Below, one piece after another: positions 1 to 7,619 of a DNA stretch of 12,462 nt. The stretch comes from Candidatus Micrarchaeota archaeon. Lineage in GTDB: Archaea; Micrarchaeota; Micrarchaeia; Micrarchaeales; CABMGC01. A program made the translations under genes and the position numbers. The DNA lies in contig DAHVMJ010000019.1 in assembly GCA_027319905.1 (NCBI GenBank), positions 1-12,462 of the forward strand, written 5' to 3'. Each line of letters begins with the position of its first letter. Positions within the stretch are counted from its first letter, which is position 1. The notes under the pieces were generated by a model. The model worked only from the letters and a program-made list of their open reading frames with translations. It had not been told where the DNA came from and made no database searches.

Positions 1-41
1 CAGAAATAGTGCATTAGCGGCATGAAATGTATAATTTCAGC

Positions 42-1250
42 TTACTTCATGTGCTGAGTTCGCATTGCGTTCTTAACCATCTTGCTGATTACCTTTTGTA
101 GCAACTGCGGATTAAGTGCGCTCTGCAAAGCAAGCTCTTTCGCCTTCTCAGCATTTAGGACAGCCACCATGTCTAATGCACTTCCACAGCGAGAACAGAA
201 TAGGCTATCTGCGGAGTTCTCTAGCGAACATCGCGGGCAGGATCTGTTTTTCAGTGGGCTATCTTGTTTTGTTTCTGCTATCTCCTTGCCGTTCAGCCTT
301 GCAATCTCTCTGCCGAGGTCTTTGGTGTCGTAGTGGTCATACACAGCCAGCATCCGAGTATCTTTTGCCCAACGGAAGTACGCCTTTGCGCCAGCATCAC
401 TTAGCCCTTGTCGTCGGTATTGCGTTATGCGGCTGTGCCTCAGCAGATGCGGCCATACCCTCTTCCGTATGCCAGCGTCGAATGCCGCCTGCTTGATTAT
501 CTTTCGTATATTGTTGTAAGTAAGTGCGTCTTTGCCTTCATTTACTCGCATAACGCCCCAAAGGGCGTCGTTGTCGCTCTTGTCTTTTATGGTCTCTAAG
601 TAGGCAGCCAAGTAGGTATTACTGAAATCGATCGGCAGGTCGGTTGTGCCGCCTGTCTTAGCCTCAACAGGTATTGTTATTGTGGCTGGCTTATTTTCTA
701 AGTGAATGTCTCCTTTTTTCAGTCGCAGTATCTCGCCAACTCTAAGACCTGCATCGTACATGAGTGCCAGAATAGCCCGGTCACGCGGATTTTTCATTAT
801 CTTGAGCATCTTAAGTATATCCTGCTCGCCCAGCAGATCTTTGCTTGTCAGCGTGGGTTTGGGCCTTCTTATCTTAATCCAAGCAACCTCGCGCGGGTAC
901 ATTATGTCCTCGCCCTTAAAGTGTTTGAATATGCACTTGAGCGTCGTCAATGTTGTCGAAATTGTCCAGGGCGCATAATCAGAGGTGTTGAGCCTTGCCA
1001 CAGCCCTCTCAATGTCTTCTCTGCTCGCGTCAAGCATGTTCTTTTTGCCAAGGGCATTGTAGATGCGCTCAATGGCGTACACCCACTTGGCTATTGTTTT
1101 CCTGTCGCTGCCTTTCGCCTCTAAAAAGGTTATGGTCTTGCCGACAAGCATTCTGTTTGCAGGCGTGACCTTCGGGCTGGCATTCAGTCTTTTGACAACG
1201 CTATCTATGCTTGCTTCGGTGTAATCCTGGTCGGCTTTTGAGGTTGCCAT
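42..1250 (-). CDS. Tyrosine recombinase/integrase (archaeal tRNA-associated type) with C-terminal double zinc ribbon
   Basis: 402 aa. Catalytic motifs RDRAILALMYDAGLRVGE (Arg I), KTG (Lys), WPHLLRHSR (HxxR), FRW...MLAVYDH (Trp, Tyr nucleophile). C-terminal CPRC-x10-CSRCG. Lies next to a tRNA 3' end. Confidence 0.93.
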   Translation of the reverse strand: MATSKADQDYTEASIDSVVKRLNASPKVTPANRMLVGKTITFLEAKGSDRKTIAKWVYAIERIYNALGKKNMLDASREDIERAVARLNTSDYAPWTISTTLTTLKCIFKHFKGEDIMYPREVAWIKIRRPKPTLTSKDLLGEQDILKMLKIMKNPRDRAILALMYDAGLRVGEILRLKKGDIHLENKPATITIPVEAKTGGTTDLPIDFSNTYLAAYLETIKDKSDNDALWGVMRVNEGKDALTYNNIRKIIKQAAFDAGIRKRVWPHLLRHSRITQYRRQGLSDAGAKAYFRWAKDTRMLAVYDHYDTKDLGREIARLNGKEIAETKQDSPLKNRSCPRCSLENSADSLFCSRCGSALDMVAVLNAEKAKELALQSALNPQLLQKVISKMVKNAMRTQHMK

Positions 1251-1270
1251 GCTGTTGTTGGGAAGAGAGC

Positions 1271-1279
1271 TTTTAAATA
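1271..1279 (-). promoter_or_regulatory. Putative TATA box of the integrase (TATTTAAAA on minus strand)
   Basis: AT-rich box about 21-29 bp upstream of the ATG at 1250, consistent with a leaderless archaeal transcript. Confidence 0.45.
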
Positions 1280-1317
1280 CCCAATAGCCGTGCGGAATTG
1301 ATACTAATACATATAAT

Positions 1318-1391
1318 TGCCGCAGGCCGGATTTGAACCAGCAACGTTCCGCTCTTCAGGCGGATGCTCTCCCGGGTTGAGCTACTGCGGC
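1318..1391 (-). tRNA. tRNA-Phe(GAA), intronless, CCA not encoded
   Basis: Minus strand folds as GCCGCAG-TA-GCTC-AACCCGGGA-GAGC-A-TCCGC-CTGAAGA-GCGGA-ACGTT-GCTGG-TTCAAAT-CCGGC-CTGCGGC-A: complete cloverleaf, anticodon GAA, discriminator A. Confidence 0.97.
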
Positions 1392-1412
1392 TCGAGTTAA
1401 CTCTGCATGCAA

Positions 1413-1422
1413 TTTATATAAA
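1413..1422. promoter_or_regulatory. Palindromic TATA box TTTATATAAA between the divergent tRNA-Phe and helicase genes
   Basis: Perfect 10-bp palindrome about 22 bp from the tRNA 5' end (1391) and about 26 bp from the helicase ATG (1448). Confidence 0.6.
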
Positions 1423-1447
1423 GCCGATTCAATACTCTATCGCTGAA

Positions 1448-2995
1448 ATGGCCGTAGATGAAAGGTGGCAGAAACTCGGGCAGGTAGCCGAGCTGCTCAA
1501 TCTCGATGGCGTCGAGTTCCGCGAGTATCAGTTCAACATAATCAACGCAATACTCAAACACGGCAGCACTCTTGTCGTGCTGCCTACGGGTCTCGGCAAG
1601 ACTCTTATCGGCATGGCTGTGATCTCGAATGAGATATCGGAGGGAAGGCGCGCCCTGCTTCTCGCACCGACGCGCCCGCTTTCCGAGCAGCACTACGCGA
1701 CAGTGATGAGTACGATGAAGCTGTCCGAAGACAGCGTCGCGCTGCTTCTCGGCTCGGTTGGCAAGAAGCAGAGGAAGGAGCTGGAGCAGAGCGCCAAGCT
1801 GATAATCGCCACGCCGCAGACGATAGCTAACGACCTCAAGAGCGGGAACTTCTCCCTGGAGGATTTCGGCGTCGCGGTGTTTGATGAGTGCCACCGCGCA
1901 GTTGGCAAGTACGCATACACATACATAGCAAACGAACTCTCAGTTCGCAACTCGCTCGTCGTCGGCTTGACCGCGTCGCCTGGCAGCAAGAAGGAGAAGA
2001 TAAACCAGCTCGTGAGCACGCTCAACATAAAGCACATCGAGGCGCGCATCTCCACAGATCCCGACGTTGTGTCGTACGTGATGCCAAAGTACATGCACGT
2101 TGTGAGCGTGCCGCAGAGCCAGACAATAAAGGGCATAGCATCGCTGCTCAGGCCTGTTGGGGAAGAGAGCCTCGCAAGCCTGAACAAGATGGGACTGATG
2201 AACGCGAAGAACTTCGAGCGCATACCCAGGGGCGTGCTCATAGCCCTCGGCAACTCCCTGAAGAAGATAAGCGCGCCTGGATTCCGCTTTGGCGCATTCT
2301 ACAGCTACATAAGGCTTCTCAACGTGAGCCACGCATATGACCTGCTCCTCACCGAGGGAATCTACCCGTTCACCGCCTACATGGACTCGCTCTCAGAGAG
2401 GGAAAAGAAGAGCAGGGCGGTAGAGAACCTGTTAGCAAACAAAAACATGGTGCAGGCAGTCGCGTTGGCAAAAGAAGCAGTAAAGCGCGGCGAGGAACAC
2501 GAGAAGGTGAAGTACGCGATCTCCGTGCTGAAAGAGTATGGCGGCAAGAGCGCGATAGTATTCGTGCAGTACAGGTCGACGATAAAGATGCTCGTGGATA
2601 TTTTCCAGAAGAACGGCATAAACGCCATGCCCTTCGTTGGGAAAAAGGAGGGCGTGACCCAGGAGAAGCAGAAGAAGATAATCGAAGACTTCAGAAGCGG
2701 GAAGTTCAACGTGCTTGTCGCAAGCTCGATCGGCGAGGAAGGCCTGGACATACCCAGCGTCGACCTCGTGCTCTTCTACGAGCCCATACCCAACGAGATA
2801 AGGAACATACAGCGCAAGGGACGCACGGCGAGGTTCAGGGCGGGAGACGTCTACATACTCGTGGCGCGGGAGACGAAGGACGAGATCTACCTGCATGTTT
2901 CCGCCGCGCGAGAGAAGAAGATGCTCTACCTGATAAACGAGATCAACCGCGACCTTGCCAGGCATGCGCAGAACGAGGGCCAGAAAAGGCTCTGA
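1448..2995 (+). CDS. Hef/FANCM/Mph1-like SF2 DEAD/DEAH-box helicase (helicase-only, 515 aa)
   Basis: Q motif FREYQ, motif I LPTGLGKT, Ia LAPTRPL, II DECHRA, III GLTASPG, V SIGEEGLDIP, VI QRKGRTAR. The ORF-track start at 1364 overlaps the tRNA, so ATG 1448 (MAVDERW) is preferred. Confidence 0.92.
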   Translation: MAVDERWQKLGQVAELLNLDGVEFREYQFNIINAILKHGSTLVVLPTGLGKTLIGMAVISNEISEGRRALLLAPTRPLSEQHYATVMSTMKLSEDSVALLLGSVGKKQRKELEQSAKLIIATPQTIANDLKSGNFSLEDFGVAVFDECHRAVGKYAYTYIANELSVRNSLVVGLTASPGSKKEKINQLVSTLNIKHIEARISTDPDVVSYVMPKYMHVVSVPQSQTIKGIASLLRPVGEESLASLNKMGLMNAKNFERIPRGVLIALGNSLKKISAPGFRFGAFYSYIRLLNVSHAYDLLLTEGIYPFTAYMDSLSEREKKSRAVENLLANKNMVQAVALAKEAVKRGEEHEKVKYAISVLKEYGGKSAIVFVQYRSTIKMLVDIFQKNGINAMPFVGKKEGVTQEKQKKIIEDFRSGKFNVLVASSIGEEGLDIPSVDLVLFYEPIPNEIRNIQRKGRTARFRAGDVYILVARETKDEIYLHVSAAREKKMLYLINEINRDLARHAQNEGQKRL

Positions 2996-3046
2996 TTATA
3001 ACTTCGTTATGCAGCTGTTCGCCCATCGTCTAACTCCCTAACGTCG

Positions 3047-3054
3047 TTTAAATA
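3047..3054 (+). promoter_or_regulatory. Putative TATA box TTTAAATA
   Basis: About 35 bp upstream of ATG 3089. The same octamer precedes the ORFs at 5267 and 5596. Confidence 0.5.
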
Positions 3055-3088
3055 GGTAGCGTCAGCAAGGGATGGAAGGTAACTAATC

Positions 3089-5152
3089 ATGTCCGGATCA
3101 CTAGACCTCGAATCTGCAGCGAGGAAGAGCAACGACACAGCTCTGCCGCGAATGCCAAAACGTCTACCAAAGGTGGCGATAACCGCATTGGCGTACGACA
3201 CCGGAGACTTGGAGATCACTGTTGAGGAGAAGGCCCGAACGATAACGTCCGATCCCGCTATTCTTGAGAAGACAATAAGCACTGCGAAGAAAGGCCTCAA
3301 GCTTACCAGCACAAGCGTCGCGAACAAGGGCGAAACTCCAATAATTACTGGCGTACGAGCTGAACTCAAGCTGAACCTGGCATGGGAGAGAAAAGCGAAT
3401 GAAACCAAGAAGGTCAAGGTGGGAACGGAGAACCCCAGAGGAGTATCGTCCAACGAGGCCCGCGCCGTAATCTCCACTTACAACAAGGCAAGCAGGAGCC
3501 TGCGGAAGGAAGGCGTGCATGTAGGTGAGTTCAAAAATCTCAAGTCAGCATCGCATACGCAGAGCGCATGCGTCTCTGCCGTATACCTCTTACACGAGAT
3601 AGCGGACGTCGGGTGGACCGAAGCGCAGGATGTATTCGGGATAGCAAAGGCGTACTACCCGCTAGGCTCTGGAGAGGACATGACTGGGGCGTACGGTGCA
3701 GGAGTCGTTCGCGTAGAAAAGACAGGCAAGGGGCTGGTACTGCTGCCGTTCGTAGGGCACGAAGGTGGCGCCAGGCCGGACTTCGACAAGCTAATCAACT
3801 TCTTCACAACCGACGAGAAGACCGGCGTCAGCCTGATAAGCGAGTACCCGATAGTGTTCGGCAAGTACTCAGAATACGTTAAGATGTATGATGTGTTCGC
3901 TGCGATGTCTCAATCGCTCGCTCGCGCAGGTGTGGATATTAACAAAATAACTCTGGATGGTTTTTTCAAGAAGTTCATAGTAGTGCCGCACATACCGCAT
4001 CCGCAGATGACTGAAAAGGAGCTTACCAATCTGATTGAGCACTTTATGCACATGGATAAGGATCTAGAGAAGAAGATACTTGGAGAGATTGGGCAGTTCA
4101 TCGACTCCAGCCCCAGGGAGAAGACGAAGGTGCAAGAGTACAGGGACAAGTTCGGTTTCGATCCTGAACGAATACCATACGTGGATGGACTCGGGAGCCA
4201 GCGCACGAGTTTCAGGTTCCTTGCCGACGTCGCGGGGCTCGTGCTTACGCTCGAGCAGGCAAAGAAATCCTTCTCCATTACTAATAGGGAAAACGGCGCA
4301 AGAATAGAAGACAGATTCAACATGGGAGACCTCGCGCGCGCACTCCTCGAGGAGATGGACAGCTTCAGGGAAGAGTTCGGGATATCTGCAAGGAAGCTTC
4401 CAGAGTTGCACAAGCTTTTCATTCGCGCTGAGAACAGACTCGCCGAGATATCGAACTCAGGCGGGCCTCTGGAAGATATAATCGGAGCATTCGCTGAAAT
4501 ATACGAAGAGAAAAAAGACTCCCAGGCGCTGATAAACAGGTATATGGAGAACGACAGGTACTTCGGGCAGCTGCTGAGGAATACGCAGACTTACAAAGAA
4601 ACCGAAAAGGCGGCGCACATACAGGAGGTAACGCATCTTGCCAGGATAACGGGCAACACCTATCCGGGATCTGCGCTGCTCTCCCTGATAAGTACCGTAG
4701 CTTTTGTTCCTGCCGAGGAGCTTGTGAGCAAAGTGATACTGCTCGTGGGCTACGGCAGCGGTGACGAGAGCTACTCGCTTATGCTGCTTCCCAATGACCT
4801 CGCCACGATCAGAGACATGCAGCTCAGACTGCGGCGAATGATCGAATACGATAGGAGACACAAGATACCTATAACAAAAGAAGAGTACGAAAAGGCGAGG
4901 ATGGAGAAGGACACGAAGGATTTCGTAAGGATTAAGCCGATGATAAGAGACATAATACCTGGATTCAACGTGCCTGACGTCGACAGAAAGGCCATAGCCG
5001 CGTTCGCAAGGGAATTCGGGATGTTCGTGAACGCAACCACAAACTCAGAGGCGTTGCGCAGCCATGAGAAAGAGCAGTTGATTGTTGTCGCGAGGCAAGG
5101 CGCGACGCGCGAGCTTACTGGACAAAAAATCAGAGAACGAACTCGAAGTTGA
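3089..5152 (+). CDS. Divergent hydroxymethylglutaryl-CoA synthase-like protein (thiolase superfamily) with a large internal insertion
   Basis: HMGS-like motifs in the correct order: VGTE(114)N, QSAC(161)VSA, GSGEDMTGAYGAG, ARP...PIVFGKYS, VPH(301)IP, TGN(523)TYPGSALLSL, ILLVGYGSG, ITKEEYE. 687 aa. Confidence 0.75.
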   Translation: MSGSLDLESAARKSNDTALPRMPKRLPKVAITALAYDTGDLEITVEEKARTITSDPAILEKTISTAKKGLKLTSTSVANKGETPIITGVRAELKLNLAWERKANETKKVKVGTENPRGVSSNEARAVISTYNKASRSLRKEGVHVGEFKNLKSASHTQSACVSAVYLLHEIADVGWTEAQDVFGIAKAYYPLGSGEDMTGAYGAGVVRVEKTGKGLVLLPFVGHEGGARPDFDKLINFFTTDEKTGVSLISEYPIVFGKYSEYVKMYDVFAAMSQSLARAGVDINKITLDGFFKKFIVVPHIPHPQMTEKELTNLIEHFMHMDKDLEKKILGEIGQFIDSSPREKTKVQEYRDKFGFDPERIPYVDGLGSQRTSFRFLADVAGLVLTLEQAKKSFSITNRENGARIEDRFNMGDLARALLEEMDSFREEFGISARKLPELHKLFIRAENRLAEISNSGGPLEDIIGAFAEIYEEKKDSQALINRYMENDRYFGQLLRNTQTYKETEKAAHIQEVTHLARITGNTYPGSALLSLISTVAFVPAEELVSKVILLVGYGSGDESYSLMLLPNDLATIRDMQLRLRRMIEYDRRHKIPITKEEYEKARMEKDTKDFVRIKPMIRDIIPGFNVPDVDRKAIAAFAREFGMFVNATTNSEALRSHEKEQLIVVARQGATRELTGQKIRERTRS

Positions 5153-5219
5153 AAACACCGCAGAAATTTTTACGACAATCGTCTTTTCGCTTCTATGATA
5201 CACGCACATATTGCATACC

Positions 5220-5227
5220 TTTAAATA
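5220..5227 (+). promoter_or_regulatory. Putative TATA box TTTAAATA upstream of the 87-aa ORF
   Basis: About 40 bp upstream of ATG 5267. A purine-rich GGAGGGTGGGG (SD-like) also precedes that ATG. Confidence 0.5.
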
Positions 5228-5266
5228 TAAGGAAAGGCATAACAGAGATACGGAGGGTGGGGAAAA

Positions 5267-5530
5267 ATGGGAGAAAAAGCAAGCCTGAGCGGGCAGCAAA
5301 TTGCTGACGCGGGCCTGCAGGAAATTAGGCCAGCACAAGCGGTCAGCACGCGGCGGATAGCGCAGCTGAGAAGCGAGGCGATGGGCTATCCCGAGAGAAG
5401 GGCGACTATCATACAGGCCCTTGAGAAATGCATAGCGCAATACGGTGGCACAGGCAAGGCCGCGGCTGCGTGCAACGCGATAACATCAATAATGACTGTG
5501 AGCATGCTGGAGATACTGCAGGGCGACTGA
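5267..5530 (+). CDS. Small hypothetical protein (87 aa)
   Basis: Fills the gap between genes, with a TATA box and an SD-like sequence upstream. No recognisable motif. Confidence 0.6.
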   Translation: MGEKASLSGQQIADAGLQEIRPAQAVSTRRIAQLRSEAMGYPERRATIIQALEKCIAQYGGTGKAAAACNAITSIMTVSMLEILQGD

Positions 5531-5539
5531 TGTCGCACG

Positions 5540-5556
5540 GCGGGCCGCGGGCCCGC
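5540..5556. other. GC-rich hairpin GCGGGCC-GCG-GGCCCGC
   Basis: 7-bp perfect inverted repeat 10 bp after the stop at 5530. It may be a 3'-end structure; function unproven. Confidence 0.3.
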
Positions 5557-5566
5557 TGCTACCTGC

Positions 5567-5574
5567 TTTAAATA
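5567..5574 (+). promoter_or_regulatory. Putative TATA box TTTAAATA for the DUF929-VKOR operon
   Basis: About 22 bp upstream of ATG 5596 (28 bp from the alternative ATG 5602). Confidence 0.55.
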
Positions 5575-5595
5575 CTTTTTTTGCGTTTTATCAGC

Positions 5596-6462
5596 ATGGA
5601 GATGAACACTCAGCAGGGCCAGCAGCCGCAGCAGGCCGCAAAGCCATCGCTCTTCGCGAACAGGAAGATTCTCTACGGATCAATCGTGGTCATAATAATG
5701 CTGGTGCTCGCCGCGCTCGTGCTTACCGGCACGCCTGGAAACAACGGCAGCCAGCTTGCCGCGTTTGACGGCCAGCAGGCTCAGCAGTCTGTGCTCTCAC
5801 AACTTGCGATATCGAACAGCGTCGCCTCGAGCGTGCGCAGCGGCTTCGCCACAAACTTCCCGACGGGCATCAACGCCACTCCGCTCACATACAACGGCAA
5901 ACCCGAGGTGCTTTACATGGGCGCAGAATATTGTCCCTACTGTGCGATCGAGAGGTGGGGCCTCATAATCGCGCTTATGCGCTTTGGCAACTTCACCGGC
6001 CTGGAGTACATGACGAGCAGCGCCACCGACAGCTTCGCCAACACGCCGACATTCACGTTTGTCAACGCCACATACACAAGTCCATACATAAGCTTCGTGT
6101 CCAGGGAGTTGACGAACAACAAGATAAACGCAAGCACCGGACAGTACACTCCGCTGCAGCAGCCCAACGCAACAGAGCAGGCAATAAACGCGAAGTACGA
6201 TGCTGGGGGCAGCATACCTTTCATAGATTTTGCGAACAAGGCGGTCCAGGTCGGCGCCAACTACAATGACCCCACGATCCTTGATGGTAAGAACTGGAGC
6301 ACAATAGCGGGCATGCTCGGCGACCCGACGACGATTCCATCGCTTGCGATAGTCGGCAGCGCGAACCTCGCAACCGCGCAGATCTGCATGATAGACAACA
6401 ACATGCCGGCGAGTATCTGCGGCCAGGGCTACATAACGGCGATAGAGAAGGAGCTGAGCTGA
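5596..6462 (+). CDS. DUF929-family membrane-anchored thioredoxin-like protein (CPYC)
   Basis: N-terminal TM segment ([19 protein letters not shown]), family-like signature [41 protein letters not shown] (cis-Pro loop-like), C-terminal Cys pair and several NxS/T sequons. Confidence 0.85.
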   Translation: MEMNTQQGQQPQQAAKPSLFANRKILYGSIVVIIMLVLAALVLTGTPGNNGSQLAAFDGQQAQQSVLSQLAISNSVASSVRSGFATNFPTGINATPLTYNGKPEVLYMGAEYCPYCAIERWGLIIALMRFGNFTGLEYMTSSATDSFANTPTFTFVNATYTSPYISFVSRELTNNKINASTGQYTPLQQPNATEQAINAKYDAGGSIPFIDFANKAVQVGANYNDPTILDGKNWSTIAGMLGDPTTIPSLAIVGSANLATAQICMIDNNMPASICGQGYITAIEKELS

Positions 6463-6466
6463 GCCG

Positions 6467-6883
6467 ATGGCAAGAGATCTCGGCAAGAACCTGTCTCGCG
6501 CACGCATAATTATTGCGCTCATCGGCCTCGCCACCTCGGTCTACCTTGCCCTCATCGCCACTTTCGGGATCAGCGCGGCGTGTCCCGCTGGCCAGATCAT
6601 AAACTGCGATGCCGTGCTGGGCAGCGCCTACGCCAGGACCTTCGGAGTGCCAAACGGCTACCTCGGCATCGCGTTCTTCATAGCGGCGCTCGCGCTCATC
6701 TACCTCAAAAAAACCGAGCCGCTGGTATTGGTCAACGCGGTTGGTTCCGGTTTCGTTGCCTATTTTGTCTACGCCGAGTACATGATAGGCAGCATCTGCA
6801 TCTACTGCACGCTTGTGCACATCTGCACGCTGCTCCTGCTCGCCATCTCGCTATACGAGCTGCGCGGCGCTAAAGGAACCTGA
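6467..6883 (+). CDS. Vitamin K epoxide reductase (VKOR) family membrane protein
   Basis: Four hydrophobic helices, loop cysteines ACPAGQIINCDAVLGSAYA (with the conserved Ser), FGVP motif, active site ICIYCTLVH. Confidence 0.92.
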   Translation: MARDLGKNLSRARIIIALIGLATSVYLALIATFGISAACPAGQIINCDAVLGSAYARTFGVPNGYLGIAFFIAALALIYLKKTEPLVLVNAVGSGFVAYFVYAEYMIGSICIYCTLVHICTLLLLAISLYELRGAKGT

Positions 6884-7529
6884 AGTCCAGGATCAGAAGC
6901 TTGACTCCGTCAATGAACTTCATCTGCTTGCTCGGGCCGACTCGTACACCGTAACCTATCGGCGCCTCCTCTATGCGAAGCCCGGCCTTCTTCGATTTTA
7001 TGTTCATCTCGCTCTCTATCCCAAACCCATTCTCGCGCAGGCCGAGCCTGGTTACTGTGCTCGTCTTAACCGCCCTCAACCCTGTCTGAGAATCGTGTAT
7101 GCGCATACCGTAGAGCGCGTTCGCCACCACTGTGATTATCTTGTTGCCAACCTCGATGAAGAGCGGCATCGCCTTCCTGTCAAGCTTGTGGAACCTGTCG
7201 CCCAGCGCGAGATCGGCTCCGTCCCTCACCATGCCAATAACTTTCCTCAGATCGTCCACGCTGTACGTGGCATCGCCGTCTATGAGGCAGAAGATCGGTG
7301 TGCTTATCCTTTTCATCGCGCTCCTGACAGCGGCCCCCTTGCCCGAATCCGTCTGCTCGACAACGCTCATCCTCGCGTTTCTGAAGTTTATCCCGAGTAC
7401 GCTCCTGTCGCCCTTGTATACGACCATCACCCGCGCGCCTGGCAGCTTCCTGAGAGCTTCTTTTGCGACCCTTCCCGCCGCTGGCTCGTCTTTCACTGGT
7501 ATCAGCACAGTAGTATCGGAGTAGTCCAT
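6870..7529 (-). CDS. Glycosyltransferase family 2 (DPM-synthase-like)
   Basis: TVLIPVKDE, GKGAA, IDGDATY (DxD), GDRF, GNK, DSQTGLRA, FGIESEM. Start taken at MDYSD (7529). Confidence 0.9.
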   Translation of the reverse strand: MDYSDTTVLIPVKDEPAAGRVAKEALRKLPGARVMVVYKGDRSVLGINFRNARMSVVEQTDSGKGAAVRSAMKRISTPIFCLIDGDATYSVDDLRKVIGMVRDGADLALGDRFHKLDRKAMPLFIEVGNKIITVVANALYGMRIHDSQTGLRAVKTSTVTRLGLRENGFGIESEMNIKSKKAGLRIEEAPIGYGVRVGPSKQMKFIDGVKLLILDFRFL

Positions 7530-7619
7530 GTTACTCAGAGCGCGTCGCCGCAAGCAAATATGCTTCAAAAGGTTTTTTATGCTTGCATGCAGCGCGATGC
7601 AGCGTTTATTATTCTTTTA

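Larger units (their letters stand above)
1..1360. mobile_element. Right boundary of a probable integrative element (provirus or integrative plasmid) inserted at tRNA-Phe; extends leftwards out of the window
   Basis: The integrase ATG (1250) is 67 bp from the tRNA 3' end (1318), on the same strand. The integrase region looks more AT-rich than the genes to the right. The second att copy is not in the window, so the boundary is approximate. Confidence 0.6.

Noticed and set aside
1..41. Possible start of another minus-strand gene (ATG at 21-23)
   Set aside because: Only about seven codons are visible; unsupported.
1364..1447. N-terminal extension of the helicase from ATG 1364
   Set aside because: Overlaps tRNA-Phe and the TATA box; ATG 1448 fits better.
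4010..4600. Intein as the explanation for the HMGS insertion
   Set aside because: No Cys/Ser-start block, no His-Asn-Cys/Ser/Thr terminus and no LAGLIDADG motif visible; the insert looks helical and charged.
5411..5470. GGTGKA in the 87-aa ORF as a Walker A motif
   Set aside because: Does not fit GxxxxGK[ST], and the protein is too short for a P-loop NTPase fold.
5797..6820. Minus-strand ORFs of 245 and 199 aa
   Set aside because: Antisense to the well-supported DUF929 and VKOR genes; expected in GC3-rich coding DNA.
6813..7619. Apparent 576-aa fusion: long N-terminal extension on the aldo/keto reductase
   Set aside because: The extension is the antisense shadow of the GT2 gene and also overlaps VKOR. 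Its composition is unprotein-like, and AKR similarity starts only near 7635.
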